From contig OZ199839.1 of assembly GCA_964304625.1 (NCBI GenBank), positions 4,467,376-4,531,375 of the forward strand: a stretch of 64,000 nucleotides of DNA, in the 5' to 3' direction. Shown here piece by piece: positions 53,793 through 64,000 of the stretch. The DNA is from Kudoa neothunni (Eukaryota; Animalia; Cnidaria). Positions within the stretch are counted from its first letter, which is position 1. Each line of letters begins with the position of its first letter. The notes beneath the pieces are model-generated. The model did no database searches. It worked only from the letters and a program-made list of their open reading frames with translations, and had not been told where the DNA came from. The translations under genes were made by a program, and so were the position numbers.

Positions 53793-56648
53793 CCCTTCCG
53801 GGACGAAGGGGGTGCATTATGCACCCCAATTTTGTTATTATCAAAAATTTCCCCTTTTTACACGTTAAGAATCTGATTCATATTTTGTCAAATCTCACAA
53901 TTTTATCAATATTTTTATCTTATAAATTTAAAATAGATAATTTGAAAGAAATTGGTTTAATATTACTTGTTAAAATGACGCAGGTTATCCTTTACCTTCA
54001 AAAATTATAAATAATAAGTGGTGGTTACTACATCGTATAAAATTTATTTTTACATATAAGGCACAAATTAATTTAAAATAAAATACATTAAAAACCTAAC
54101 AAATCATATTTATAACTTATACCGAATTAGCCCGATAGGTCATAGGATTATTTTGGGATTATTTTCAAAAACGCACGAGTGGTAACGTTGTCATTTGGGA
54201 TCTGCAGGTGCATTTACGTTTGTATGAAAATTTGTTAATATTTAATTTTTCGATAAAATTATGGTATCGGAAAATAGTTCAGATGATTTTACTGAATATT
54301 CTGGAATTTCAGGTGACTCAGAAGTCGACGGTGATGAAATATTGCAAGGGATAACTACTAGTAAATCAGGTTTCCAGTGGAAATATGGCCGCAAATCAAG
54401 AAAACGAACGAGGTGCCACAATCATGTTATCGATAAGCCTGGTCCCATAGGAAATCCAGGAAATATTTCGTCAATTTTATCTTCGTTCCAGCTGTTTTTT
54501 TCTGATTCTGCGTTAGAACAAATTTTATTCTTCACGAATAAGTACAGGCAATCAAGTACTCAGTATAAATATACAAATACAATAACGATAGAAGAATTAA
54601 TGGCCTTTCTTGGTGTTATGATTGCGTCTTGTCGTTGTAATGAATCAAGAGTGTCCCTCAAATTCCTCTGGGAAACTCACCCCCTATTGAAGCAGCCTTT
54701 TTTCAGCTGCTATATCGAGGGATCGATTCACTCTCATTTATCGGACTATCCGATCTGATGACAAATCAAGGAGAACACCAAGAACCGATAGCTCATATGA
54801 CAAATTAGAACCTATCCGTGAGATTTTTGAGGAAATCAATATATCTTTCCGGGAAAATTTTTCACCCGGTTTACATATAACCATTGATGAACGAATGGTG
54901 GGTTTCAGCCGATATTGACACCTCATATTTGCTGAGTGTGCAACTGTACATAGGAAGGATGGGCAACGTACGCGAGACTAAACAAGGGGAAAGGGTTGTC
55001 AAAGATTTCATGACTCCGCTTTTTGGTTCTGGGCGAGGATTGACAACTGACAATTTTTTCACCTCCGTGCCCTTGGCATTATTTTTACTACAGAAAAATA
55101 TTACACTTACTGGAACTTTGAGAAGAAACAACAGATATATAGCTGATATTCTTCGAGATATGACGAATCGTGATGGGCTGTCGTCGAGATTTTGCTTCTC
55201 TGAAGACGTGACATTAGTGTCATATATTCCCAAGAAAAATCGTAATGTTTTTCTATTGTCGACTGAAATCCATGACAGTTCGATTGAACCATCAGAAAGA
55301 AAACGCCCCGAAATTATTCTAAATTATAATCAGACCAAAGGGGGCGTTGACAATGGCAATCGAATGACGCAACAATACAGCTGTGCTCGGACAACAAGAA
55401 GATGGCCATTCAGGTTGTTTATGAACCTTATTGATATATCAACATTGAATTCTTATATTATACGGATGTCGAGGTTCCCAGATTGTCGATCAAGTGATCG
55501 AAGTCGGCGCCAATATTTTCTTCGGGAGCTGGCAACTGAATTAATCAAACCGAATGTTTTGAGTCGTCAAAGTTTAGGACATACTTATCACTCTCATATT
55601 ATTAAATTTGGATTCAACATATTTGACAAATACATCAAGGACGGTCAAACATCTATTTCTAATGAAGAAACTTTAATCCCAGTACAGTCAAGATGTACGC
55701 TTTGTCCAAAGAATATTGACAGGAAGGCAGTGTGCCATTCGCATCGAATTAAAAAAAAAGTTATACAATGTCTTAGTTGTAATATGGAATCAAACTAATG
55801 TTCAAAAAATAGTCCAATTTTAATAGGTTTTTTAAATTATGAAGTATTTTTTAGTTCAAAAGTCCAGTTATGTATGGTATTCATCTCCTCGAGAATATAA
55901 TGAAAATTACACAATGATTATATCATGTTTTAGTTAAAATTATAATAGCCAACTTATAAATTTTTTAATTGGAATATTTATTTTCGTGATTTCGGTGCTG
56001 CATTGAAAATTCAGCTTAACCTATTAATAATAATAAATAATATAATACGTTTTGAAAGCTACAAGTGAAAATAAATCCTAAAATACTTAACTCATATCGT
56101 TAAGATTAGTATTTATACATGAAATTAATTTATTCTATTCAATCGTCAGTATTTATCTATATTACATTTCGTTGTTACCAGGTTATAGAATCGGAAACTA
56201 CAACGCAACGATGATTATTAAGTAAGAAAGAATTCCCTGCTAATTTAATCTTATTATCCATATATGGGATTAACGAGAATAATCGGTAGTTTACATAAAC
56301 CTGGATGGCTCGACTCTCGGTGTCGATGTGAGAAAAACACTGAAGCCGAGAGCCGAATCTTCTAAGAATTTATAGAGAGCTTTATTGTTTTATTGAATAT
56401 GTTCCGCTTGAATATTACGTTGATCCATCATTTCTTTAATGAATCGTTCTGATTAGTTAAATGCATTTTTTTCTATAGAGCTATACTATTTGGACTTCTG
56501 GGTGGATCTTTTTAATATGTAAATAATTTTTAATCAACTTAGACGGTGTATTGCATCAATAAAGCGTAATAACATGAAAATTTGCTGGGGTGCATAATGC
56601 ACCCCCTTCGTCCCCCGCGTTAGTTTTTTGAGCTCCGTCCTCCGAGGG
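53793..56648 (+). mobile_element. piggyBac transposon with frameshift and internal deletion
   Basis: CCC..GGG termini, ATAA/TTAA flanks, subterminal palindrome GGGGTGCA(T/A)TATGCACCCC at both ends; ITIDERMV, TTDNFFTS, YNQTKGGVD, RRWP and Cys-rich tail. The KPxKYG segment is missing near 54905. Confidence 0.93.
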
Positions 56649-57420
56649 TTAAGTCGGGTTTTTGACTTAAAATATGAAATCGAACAATTTTTATTGGATC
56701 CAAACTCGGATCTTGCTAATGTTTTCATGTTCCAAAAGTTCTCAAAAATGTTGGCATATATCACGAATATCTTTCAACACTTGAACGAATTAAATTATTC
56801 ACTTGAAGGAAAAGATATAAATATTAAAATGCCTCTGACAAGTTACGAGCATTTCGCGGAAAGCTAACCTTATGGATTGTCAGAATGAAAAATAAAAAAA
56901 ATTGTAATTTTCTACTATTAGAGGAAAATTTTACAAATGAAAATGTGAATTTCGAAATTTTGCAAATTGAAATAAAATGTCATTTTGAAAAATTGAAAGA
57001 TTCTGTTGACGGCCATTTTTCCACTGGCAACTTAAATGAATCTGATAGCTGGATTGTCAATCCATTCGCCTTCAACATGGAAAAAATGGGGGATGACAAT
57101 GACGAAAAAGAAAATTTGATCGAATTAAGATCGTGCCAATCAATGAAACTGCTGTTTGAGTCAAGTTTACTTGAATACTTCTGGTGTCACACCCTTAATA
57201 GTTATCCCAGTTTAGCGAAAAAGGCGCATAAGATTTTAGTTCCATTTGTCACTACGTGGTTATGTGAATCGAGGTTTTCCACCATTTTATACATAAAAAC
57301 AAGTATAGAAGCACGTTAAAGCCTGAAAATGACTTACGAATAGTACTATCCAATAAAAGTCCTCGTTTCAATGTTTTAATTGTCAATAAAAAACAAAAAA
57401 AGTCCAAAATATAACTGAAA
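56649..57420 (+). mobile_element. hAT (Buster/Charlie-type) transposase 3' fragment
   Basis: LSRVFDLK, LAYITNIFQHLNELN, WIVNPF and PFVTTWLCESRFS. Confidence 0.85.
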
Positions 57421-57877
57421 TTTTTAATTGTTTATTTTACGATTGTATTTTTTCGCATTAAATGGTTAAAAAATGTATATGCATGCCATTGCTCTAATTT
57501 TACTAAAATTAAATAAACATTTTTATAGTTCGTTTTAACTTCGTCTTCTTGCATTATGAAATACTGGAATCGCCAACGTATGACTCAGCACTTATCCAAT
57601 AAATGATTAAACTTAACTACCTGGGCTCACGGAGACAAGGGTGTTATGTACCTATTAAAGGAAATAAGCACATTTTCTGTATATTTATTGTCGTTATGGA
57701 AAATAAATGAAACTAGTATAATAATATCATTTTATTGAATAAATTTTTTCTCGCTCAGAACCAAAATTTAATAATAAAAAATTTGAATAAACATATAACT
57801 AACAATAAACAATACGTACATCACAAGTGCGTACGCAGTGCAGATTATTGTTGAAGTTTGAGATTCCAGTAATATCC

Positions 57878-58386
57878 ATGATTACTGTAATTATAATATT
57901 TATTTTTCAACAAATTATTTTCATCAAGAGCGATTTAATTCAAACGAGAATTGATAAAATTTCAAAACATGAAAACTTTATAGGAATGGCTGTGTTTACC
58001 CACGAAGGTATCAGCTAATAAAAATATTATTTGTGCTGTTATCGATTAAATTTTGATATAGGAGGAGTTATCTACTCAAGTCTTCCTTCTGAACTATCAT
58101 CTCAGTTGTGGAAACAATGTAGGAAATTATCTAAACGATCAAACAATATTATAACACTTTTCGGTGAAGAAGTGAAAGAGTTCACTTCGATAAGGAAGTG
58201 TGTTTAATTTATTTTAGATGAATGATTGCAGTGTGATAAGAGTCAGAAGCGATACACATGAATTTATCATGATTTATTGTATTTAATCGAGTGTAGAAAG
58301 GAGCAAAAATCAATTTAATTTTTTTAAATATAGCCGAACATTACATACTAATAGCAGTTCAAGATCCCTATGCAGCTAAGAAATAG
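57878..58386 (+). CDS. DYNLRB: Dynein light chain roadblock/LC7 family, 103 aa, 5 exons
   Basis: Exons 57878-57886, 57929-58007, 58062-58171, 58218-58278 and 58334-58386 give [73 protein letters not shown], matching the roadblock pattern (NDLTFLRIRSKKHEIMV..YLLIVIQNP). Confidence 0.85.
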
Positions 58387-59935
58387 CAGAAGGTTGCGAG
58401 ATTGATTCTGTCTTTATGGTCGAATGGGCTGAAAAGTTGCAACCAACTGCTTGAGAAACATTTGTAAAGTTTTTCTCCCTTAACACATCAAACATTTATT
58501 ATTCATATTGATATGTTAAGAAACTACTTTAGTATTTCAACTAGCTCTTTTTTTATTTTTTTCACCACGAGTGGACCTTCAATAACCATTGCTGTGTAAA
58601 TTTCGATAAGGCTTGCGCCGTTTGCTATTTTCTCAAACGCATCTGAACCTGTGAAAATTCCGCCTGACCCGATAATAGGAATTTTACCTAATCAATTAAT
58701 GAATTTCTAATAAAATTAATCGATAATTAGAGTAACCTTGAGTTTTTTGATAAAAATAACCAATTAGATGGGTGGAGAGATCCTTTAGTGGGGCACCACT
58801 GAGACCGCCCAGCTCCGCTGTTACATCATTTTTCGGCAGATCAAACCGTTTGATACTTGTGTTAGATATGATTATACCATCAATAATATTCTACTAGTGC
58901 GTTTAATTTATATTTTTGTCCTACATACACATACCGGTTGTTCTTTGAACAATTCGATAATTTGGTCCAGCTCACCAAGAGTTAAATCGGGCGCAATTTT
59001 TACTAAAAGCTTAGGTTTGGAAGGACGATCAAGGAGATTTTTGTCACCAGTCTCAAGCTCAGCTTTAGCCTACAATATTTTGCATCAGATCAAATTAAAG
59101 CAATACATAAAGTAATACAATCCTTAAAATCTTTTCTAAATATTCTCGCTGTTGCAAGGAACGCAATCCCGGTGTGTTTGGTGATGAAACATTGATAACA
59201 ATGTAATGACAACAATCTTTGAAGTAGTTGACACCGAGTTTGTAATCGTTATAGGGATTGTCGGTGTTTTTATTCATGCCAATATTGACACCAAGTTTAA
59301 AATTACCAGAAGACACTTGATCAATTCGCTTCTCGATATTTCTACGTACCAACTCGATACCATAATTGTTGAACCCCATTCGATTGATAAGAGCATTATG
59401 ATCCAATAGACGAAACATTCTGGGCTCAGGATTTCCCTTCTGTAATCGGGGAGTCACCGTCCCTATTTCCACAAAACCAAAACCAAATTTGGCCAAGTTG
59501 GGAAAACAGACAGCGTTTTTGTCAAATCCGGCGGCCAAACCAACCGGATTTCTGAATATTGTTCCCATTGCTCGAGTATTCTGTCCAGTTGTACATATTA
59601 CACACAGGCACATACAACCACTAGTAAGATACCAAATAGGACTCCATCTCTTTCGAGTCCGCACCTATCCTTGGAATAATTCCATATGATGCCAATTGAA
59701 TTGATATTTTGTGAGCCTTTTCAGCATCAATATTGTGCATTATAGGCATCACTATCCCCTTCCACACAGACTCGTTACCTATATATGCTTCAAATGCAAA
59801 TGCTACGCCTGCTACAGCCACCATCGCAATCAAATTGCGATATATCGGGGATGGGGTCTTATTCGAGCGCAGAAACATGTACGCTTTGATATCTCTCCAC
59901 ACTGGTATCTGAAAACGTTGTCTACTCCACGCCAT
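58376..59935 (-). CDS. DHODH: Dihydroorotate dehydrogenase (quinone), class 2, mitochondrial, 6 exons
   Basis: Basic leader plus TM helix; [46 protein letters not shown] (catalytic Ser), VKIAPDL, GGLSG and PIIGSGGI; stop at 58376-58378. Confidence 0.96.
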
Positions 59936-60357
59936 GATGTTTGTCACGTGGATTAAGCGATTTTAGGGTTGGTAATTGAACTGTTAAGAGCTTAAGCTTT
60001 TTATGTAATTTAGTCGGCAAATTTACTGTTGCTACTATAACTTAACACTTAACCTCTATTTTTATATTGAATTGGGTATCAAAATCATGTTAAATGTTTT
60101 TGACTGGATATTCAACAAGTTGAAGTAAAATCGACCTATCACAGTTTTTTGCTCATCAAATGATTATTTTCTATTAGTTTTAAAACCTTTTTATGAAACT
60201 AAGTTTTAGGTAATGAACTTGAGATAATAATGATAATCGAATATGTTAAAAATTAGAAAATATTTTCATATATTTATTTACTTTAAACTAAATTAAATTA
60301 AAATTTAACTTTTAAAACGACGATTTGATTTTTTATTATAACACTAATTCTCAACTA

Positions 60358-61401
60358 CTAGCGGGAACTGCCCAGCGTTATTTGGGGAAGATTCCACCTA
60401 GATACGTTTTTTAATAGTATTCAAAAAATATATTTAAGTTTTGAATTAACTCATAGAAACAAAATAAGTAAAAATTTGTAAGCAATATACTTTAAAAATT
60501 TCATGGTTTGGCATCAACGCTGAATAATTTAGGGTCAGCGACAGCGTCGTATTTTATTCACTCCCGAATTATTTAAATTCCGCTAGAATGTTATCTAAAA
60601 CGTTAGATAATGATCCGGTTCGGAAACTGTGTGCACCGCTAAGTTTTTAAGTGATAGACAAATAGAAAAAGTAATAGAGATAGAAGAAAACATATGAAAA
60701 TTAATTGATATTACTATAATTAGCATCGCTTGGCACGGCATAAACATTAGTGCATTTTTCCCAAACAGACAGCTAAAAATCGCTCCAATATCAACATAAA
60801 TAATTTATGTAATTAGATGAAGTAAGAGCATAACCATCTGCAATGAATTTAATCATTAAAAGTTCAACAAAGCGGACGATTTCAATGAAATCCACGGACG
60901 CAATATTTCCATTATAATGCTCTAATCAATGTAATTTTAACGTTCTTCACCAATATGTTATTAATAAAACATATATGGATTTTTTATCATATCTAAAACG
61001 ATTAATAGAACCTTCAAAATGTGTTTGTCAAGTCAAATACGTTATAACTCCACGAATAAGGAGTGCATTCGCACAAATACCCAAAAAAAACGCCAATCTA
61101 TGCATAAAGATAGATAGCATCGCCTATTGACATTTAATAGAACATATAAAGGGGAAAATTCACTTCAACCGACCCCCACCATGGCATAAGCATGTGTTAA
61201 TCCTATTGTTGAACCCAATTAATCCGATAAACAAACTTTGAATCGATAAAATCACCATTTTCTAAACATTTTTGGGAACATTGTGATTCTTGAAAAATTT
61301 CATAAATATCTATCTATAATGAAAAAATTTTGACGCACATGCCTACTCGTTGACACACACACACGGACACTTCAGCTTTATATATATATAGTAGAAGTAG
61401 A
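60358..61401 (-). mobile_element. Non-autonomous Helitron family A, uninterrupted (1044 bp)
   Basis: A|TC start at 61401, CCCAAATAACGCTGGG hairpin and CTAG|T end at 60358; no TSD. Confidence 0.88.
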
Positions 61402-61483
61402 TAGCAGATAAGGATTTCAATTTTTTTTAATTTCAATTGTCTTATTTTTAAAATAATTACGATAGTATTATATATCATAAAAT

Positions 61484-62514
61484 GGTTAAATTACAGTATC
61501 TGCTCAAACTTCGGTTTTGATCGTGACTTCCCGCGAAAGTTTAGCGCGAATGGTGGGTCACAAGAGATTATTCACATTTGAGACCATTAATGAAACAACC
61601 ATTCTTGATTATGGTTATTTTCGTAATGATATCGATTAAACAATTAAAAATTTACAAAATCTCAGTCGGTTACATAACTTTTGCAAATGTACATGCGAAG
61701 ATAGTATGAGTGTGGTTCCGCAGAAAGATATGGATGATGGTTACCAGTTTAGATGTAGAAAAATGCCATAAAATACACTCGTTAAGATCTGGGACATTTT
61801 CGAAATGCCAAAACTCCCTTTGTGGAAATCGTTCATCCTTATGGTCTGTTTTTATCCAGTATCCAACCATGACATTTGAATCAGCTTCGACAACACCTTG
61901 ATATCGCGTCGAGTTCAACAATAATGGATTGGAAGACCATTATACGAGATTTCATGGCTTCCAAATTGAATGATGAATTTACGAAAATTGGAGGTGATGG
62001 AATAATTTTTCAAATTGTCGAGACCGCGATCTCGACGAGGAAGTGTAATGTTAGGGCGTGTTCTGAAAAATCAGCGACAGTGGATGGTGGGTGGAATTGA
62101 CGAAGAAGGGAACTCCTTCCTAAAAATTTCTGAATATAGAAACAGGCACGTTCTTGAAAGAATAATAATCGATAACGTGGAAGATGGTTCAACAATATGG
62201 ACGGGGGTGGATGGGTAGGATACAATAATTTAGAAAATTTAGGTTTTATGCATGGGAACCGTTATCCACAAAAGAATGTTTGTTTCAAGTGATGGGGTTC
62301 GCACAAACAAAATAAAAGCGACTTGGGGTGCTTTAAAAGGAAGTATAGAAACGCCACAAATAATTATCCGGGAAGTTCGCCTGGGTATATAGCTGATTTT
62401 CTGTTTAGAACAAAGTTTTCCGAAAAGGAAATTAGTGCTCTCTTTGTATATAATTTATGTTTTATTCACTTTAAAAATAAGATGCGAAGTTTGCACAGAT
62501 ACTGTAATTTAGCT
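61484..62514 (+). mobile_element. Merlin element, degenerate
   Basis: TIRs (GG)YTAAATTACAGTATCTG..AAACTTCG; KIGGDGIIFQIVET, WMVGGID and GSTIWT motifs in broken frames. Confidence 0.88.
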
Positions 62515-63869
62515 GGAATTTTCTAGTTGTCTTCACAAATATCAGATTAAAATGTATCTGCATAATATTGATATTTGTTTACTTCAGATTGATAGCCAAT
62601 TAAAATGAACTTTTACTCATTATATAGAAAAAATATCTCTTAATTATGGTATAGAATGTTCTAAAAATTGTACATATTCCTGTTCGGAGTACTTTTAAGA
62701 CAAATAAAATTATTAACGTCACATTTACAAGAGTTGTCGCATTTCCCTTAAAATCTGAAGTATAAACAAGTTATTCGGTATGTATTTTTCCATTTCGAGC
62801 GTTAGGATATAGTTAAGAAGAATAGATTATGATCACTTTGAATAAAACACATAATTTGAGATTAAAGTTGCGCTCCATTTAAATTCCTGAGATGTGAACA
62901 TTTCTTTTTATCAAATATATCGATTGAGATTGAAACTATATTCGTCTTTTGGATAAGTTTTTACTCATTTTGTGGTTTTCCTAGACTTTCTTGCAAAACA
63001 GCTGACATAACTAATTCAATAAGTTTTTGTATTTGATGAGATAATTTTTTATATAATGTTTAAGTTCTTAGTTACCTAGTTATTCCCTATCCCCAAACCT
63101 TAAGATTAATATTCAAATCAATATACTGTTTTCTTTAGGCTTACATTAATTCACTATAATATAAAAGCTGCATAAAAATATGCGACACCGCATTCTATAT
63201 GTAATTTAAGAATTTATATTCAAGATTACTTTTGCCCAAAATATTGTCCCTTCGCAGTACATATCATGTAAATTAATAAGAAATTATTAATCTATTCGAT
63301 CTGACCGATATTTTCACAAAGTTTTTGTTAATCTAAGAATAGTTCAATACGACGAGATTTTTTTAAAGCAATCAAACAGTACGTTAATTTTTAAAAGGGT
63401 GCATTCGTTCAAGAAAACCAGTTGATGTTTAAGCGTATTTTGCTAATTAAATGTGTATATTTTTGAACCAGTAAATATTCTTGATGGAAAGCAAAGTTGG
63501 ATTTATTTATAAATCGGGAAATTTTGTTGCAATACTGAATACGTAAGTTATCGTTCGCAGCTTTTTAAACATCGTTGGCATCATTATAAAATTGCGAAAA
63601 CAGGGGGTAACAATTAATATTTTTATTTCCGACGCACCTCTATTTATATTTGAATGGAAAGTGTGCACATAATTTCGTTTATCTAAATCATCACATTGCA
63701 AAAATAATAAAAAGCTTTAAAATGCATAAATTAAATTGAAAAATAAAATTTACGGGGTTTAAAGTGCTAATTAGATTAACTCTTCTGTAAAATTTCTCCA
63801 TTCAAAAATAAAATTAAAGTTAAAATTTTCCATCACACTGCATCAGTCCAAACTGGGCATTAACATTAT

Positions 63870-63963
63870 TTACTTAAAAATCAAAAAGGCTTTAGCCTGC
63901 GACAGGTGTTAACCTATTTGGATGGGAAAGGAAACTTTTGCGAAGGGGGGCTTTTGCGCTAGT
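63870..63963 (+). mobile_element. Helitron family B 3' end
   Basis: Homologous to 46775-46864; hairpin then CTAG|T. Confidence 0.65.
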
Positions 63964-64000
63964 ATTTATTAAATTTACCTCCTTATTTTTTCGTCAAACT

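Noticed and set aside
9178-59935. Alternative genetic code or non-canonical introns
   Set aside because: All confidently rebuilt host exons use the standard code and GT-AG introns; in-frame stops are confined to decayed TEs.

Overview
AT-rich eukaryotic nuclear DNA, most likely from a fast-evolving animal. A compact-intron parasite such as a myxozoan would fit, but that is inference. Six intron-dense host genes can be rebuilt by hand through GT-AG introns of about 40-80 nt: an AKAP13/ARHGEF28-type Lbc RhoGEF (+, 9178-14351), RBX1 (-), an AKR7A aldo-keto reductase (-), V-ATPase subunit a (-, about 17 kb because of two giant TE-filled introns), a roadblock/LC7 dynein light chain (+, largely missed by the ORF track) and mitochondrial class 2 DHODH (-). 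Most of the rest is DNA transposons, often nested: Merlin, hAT, IS630/Tc1, pogo/Tigger, piggyBac, MULE and non-autonomous Helitrons, plus tRNA-derived SINE-like sequences. The most unusual observations are: (1) the roadblock and DHODH coding sequences overlap tail-to-tail by 11 nt; (2) a three-level Helitron > Merlin-like > Tc1 nest lies inside a V-ATPase intron, with near-identical ~285-bp TIRs around decayed content; (3) one apparently intact DD34E IS630-like element; (4) a hammerhead-like fold just past the RBX1 poly(A) signal. I cannot demonstrate a new multi-gene system from sequence alone.
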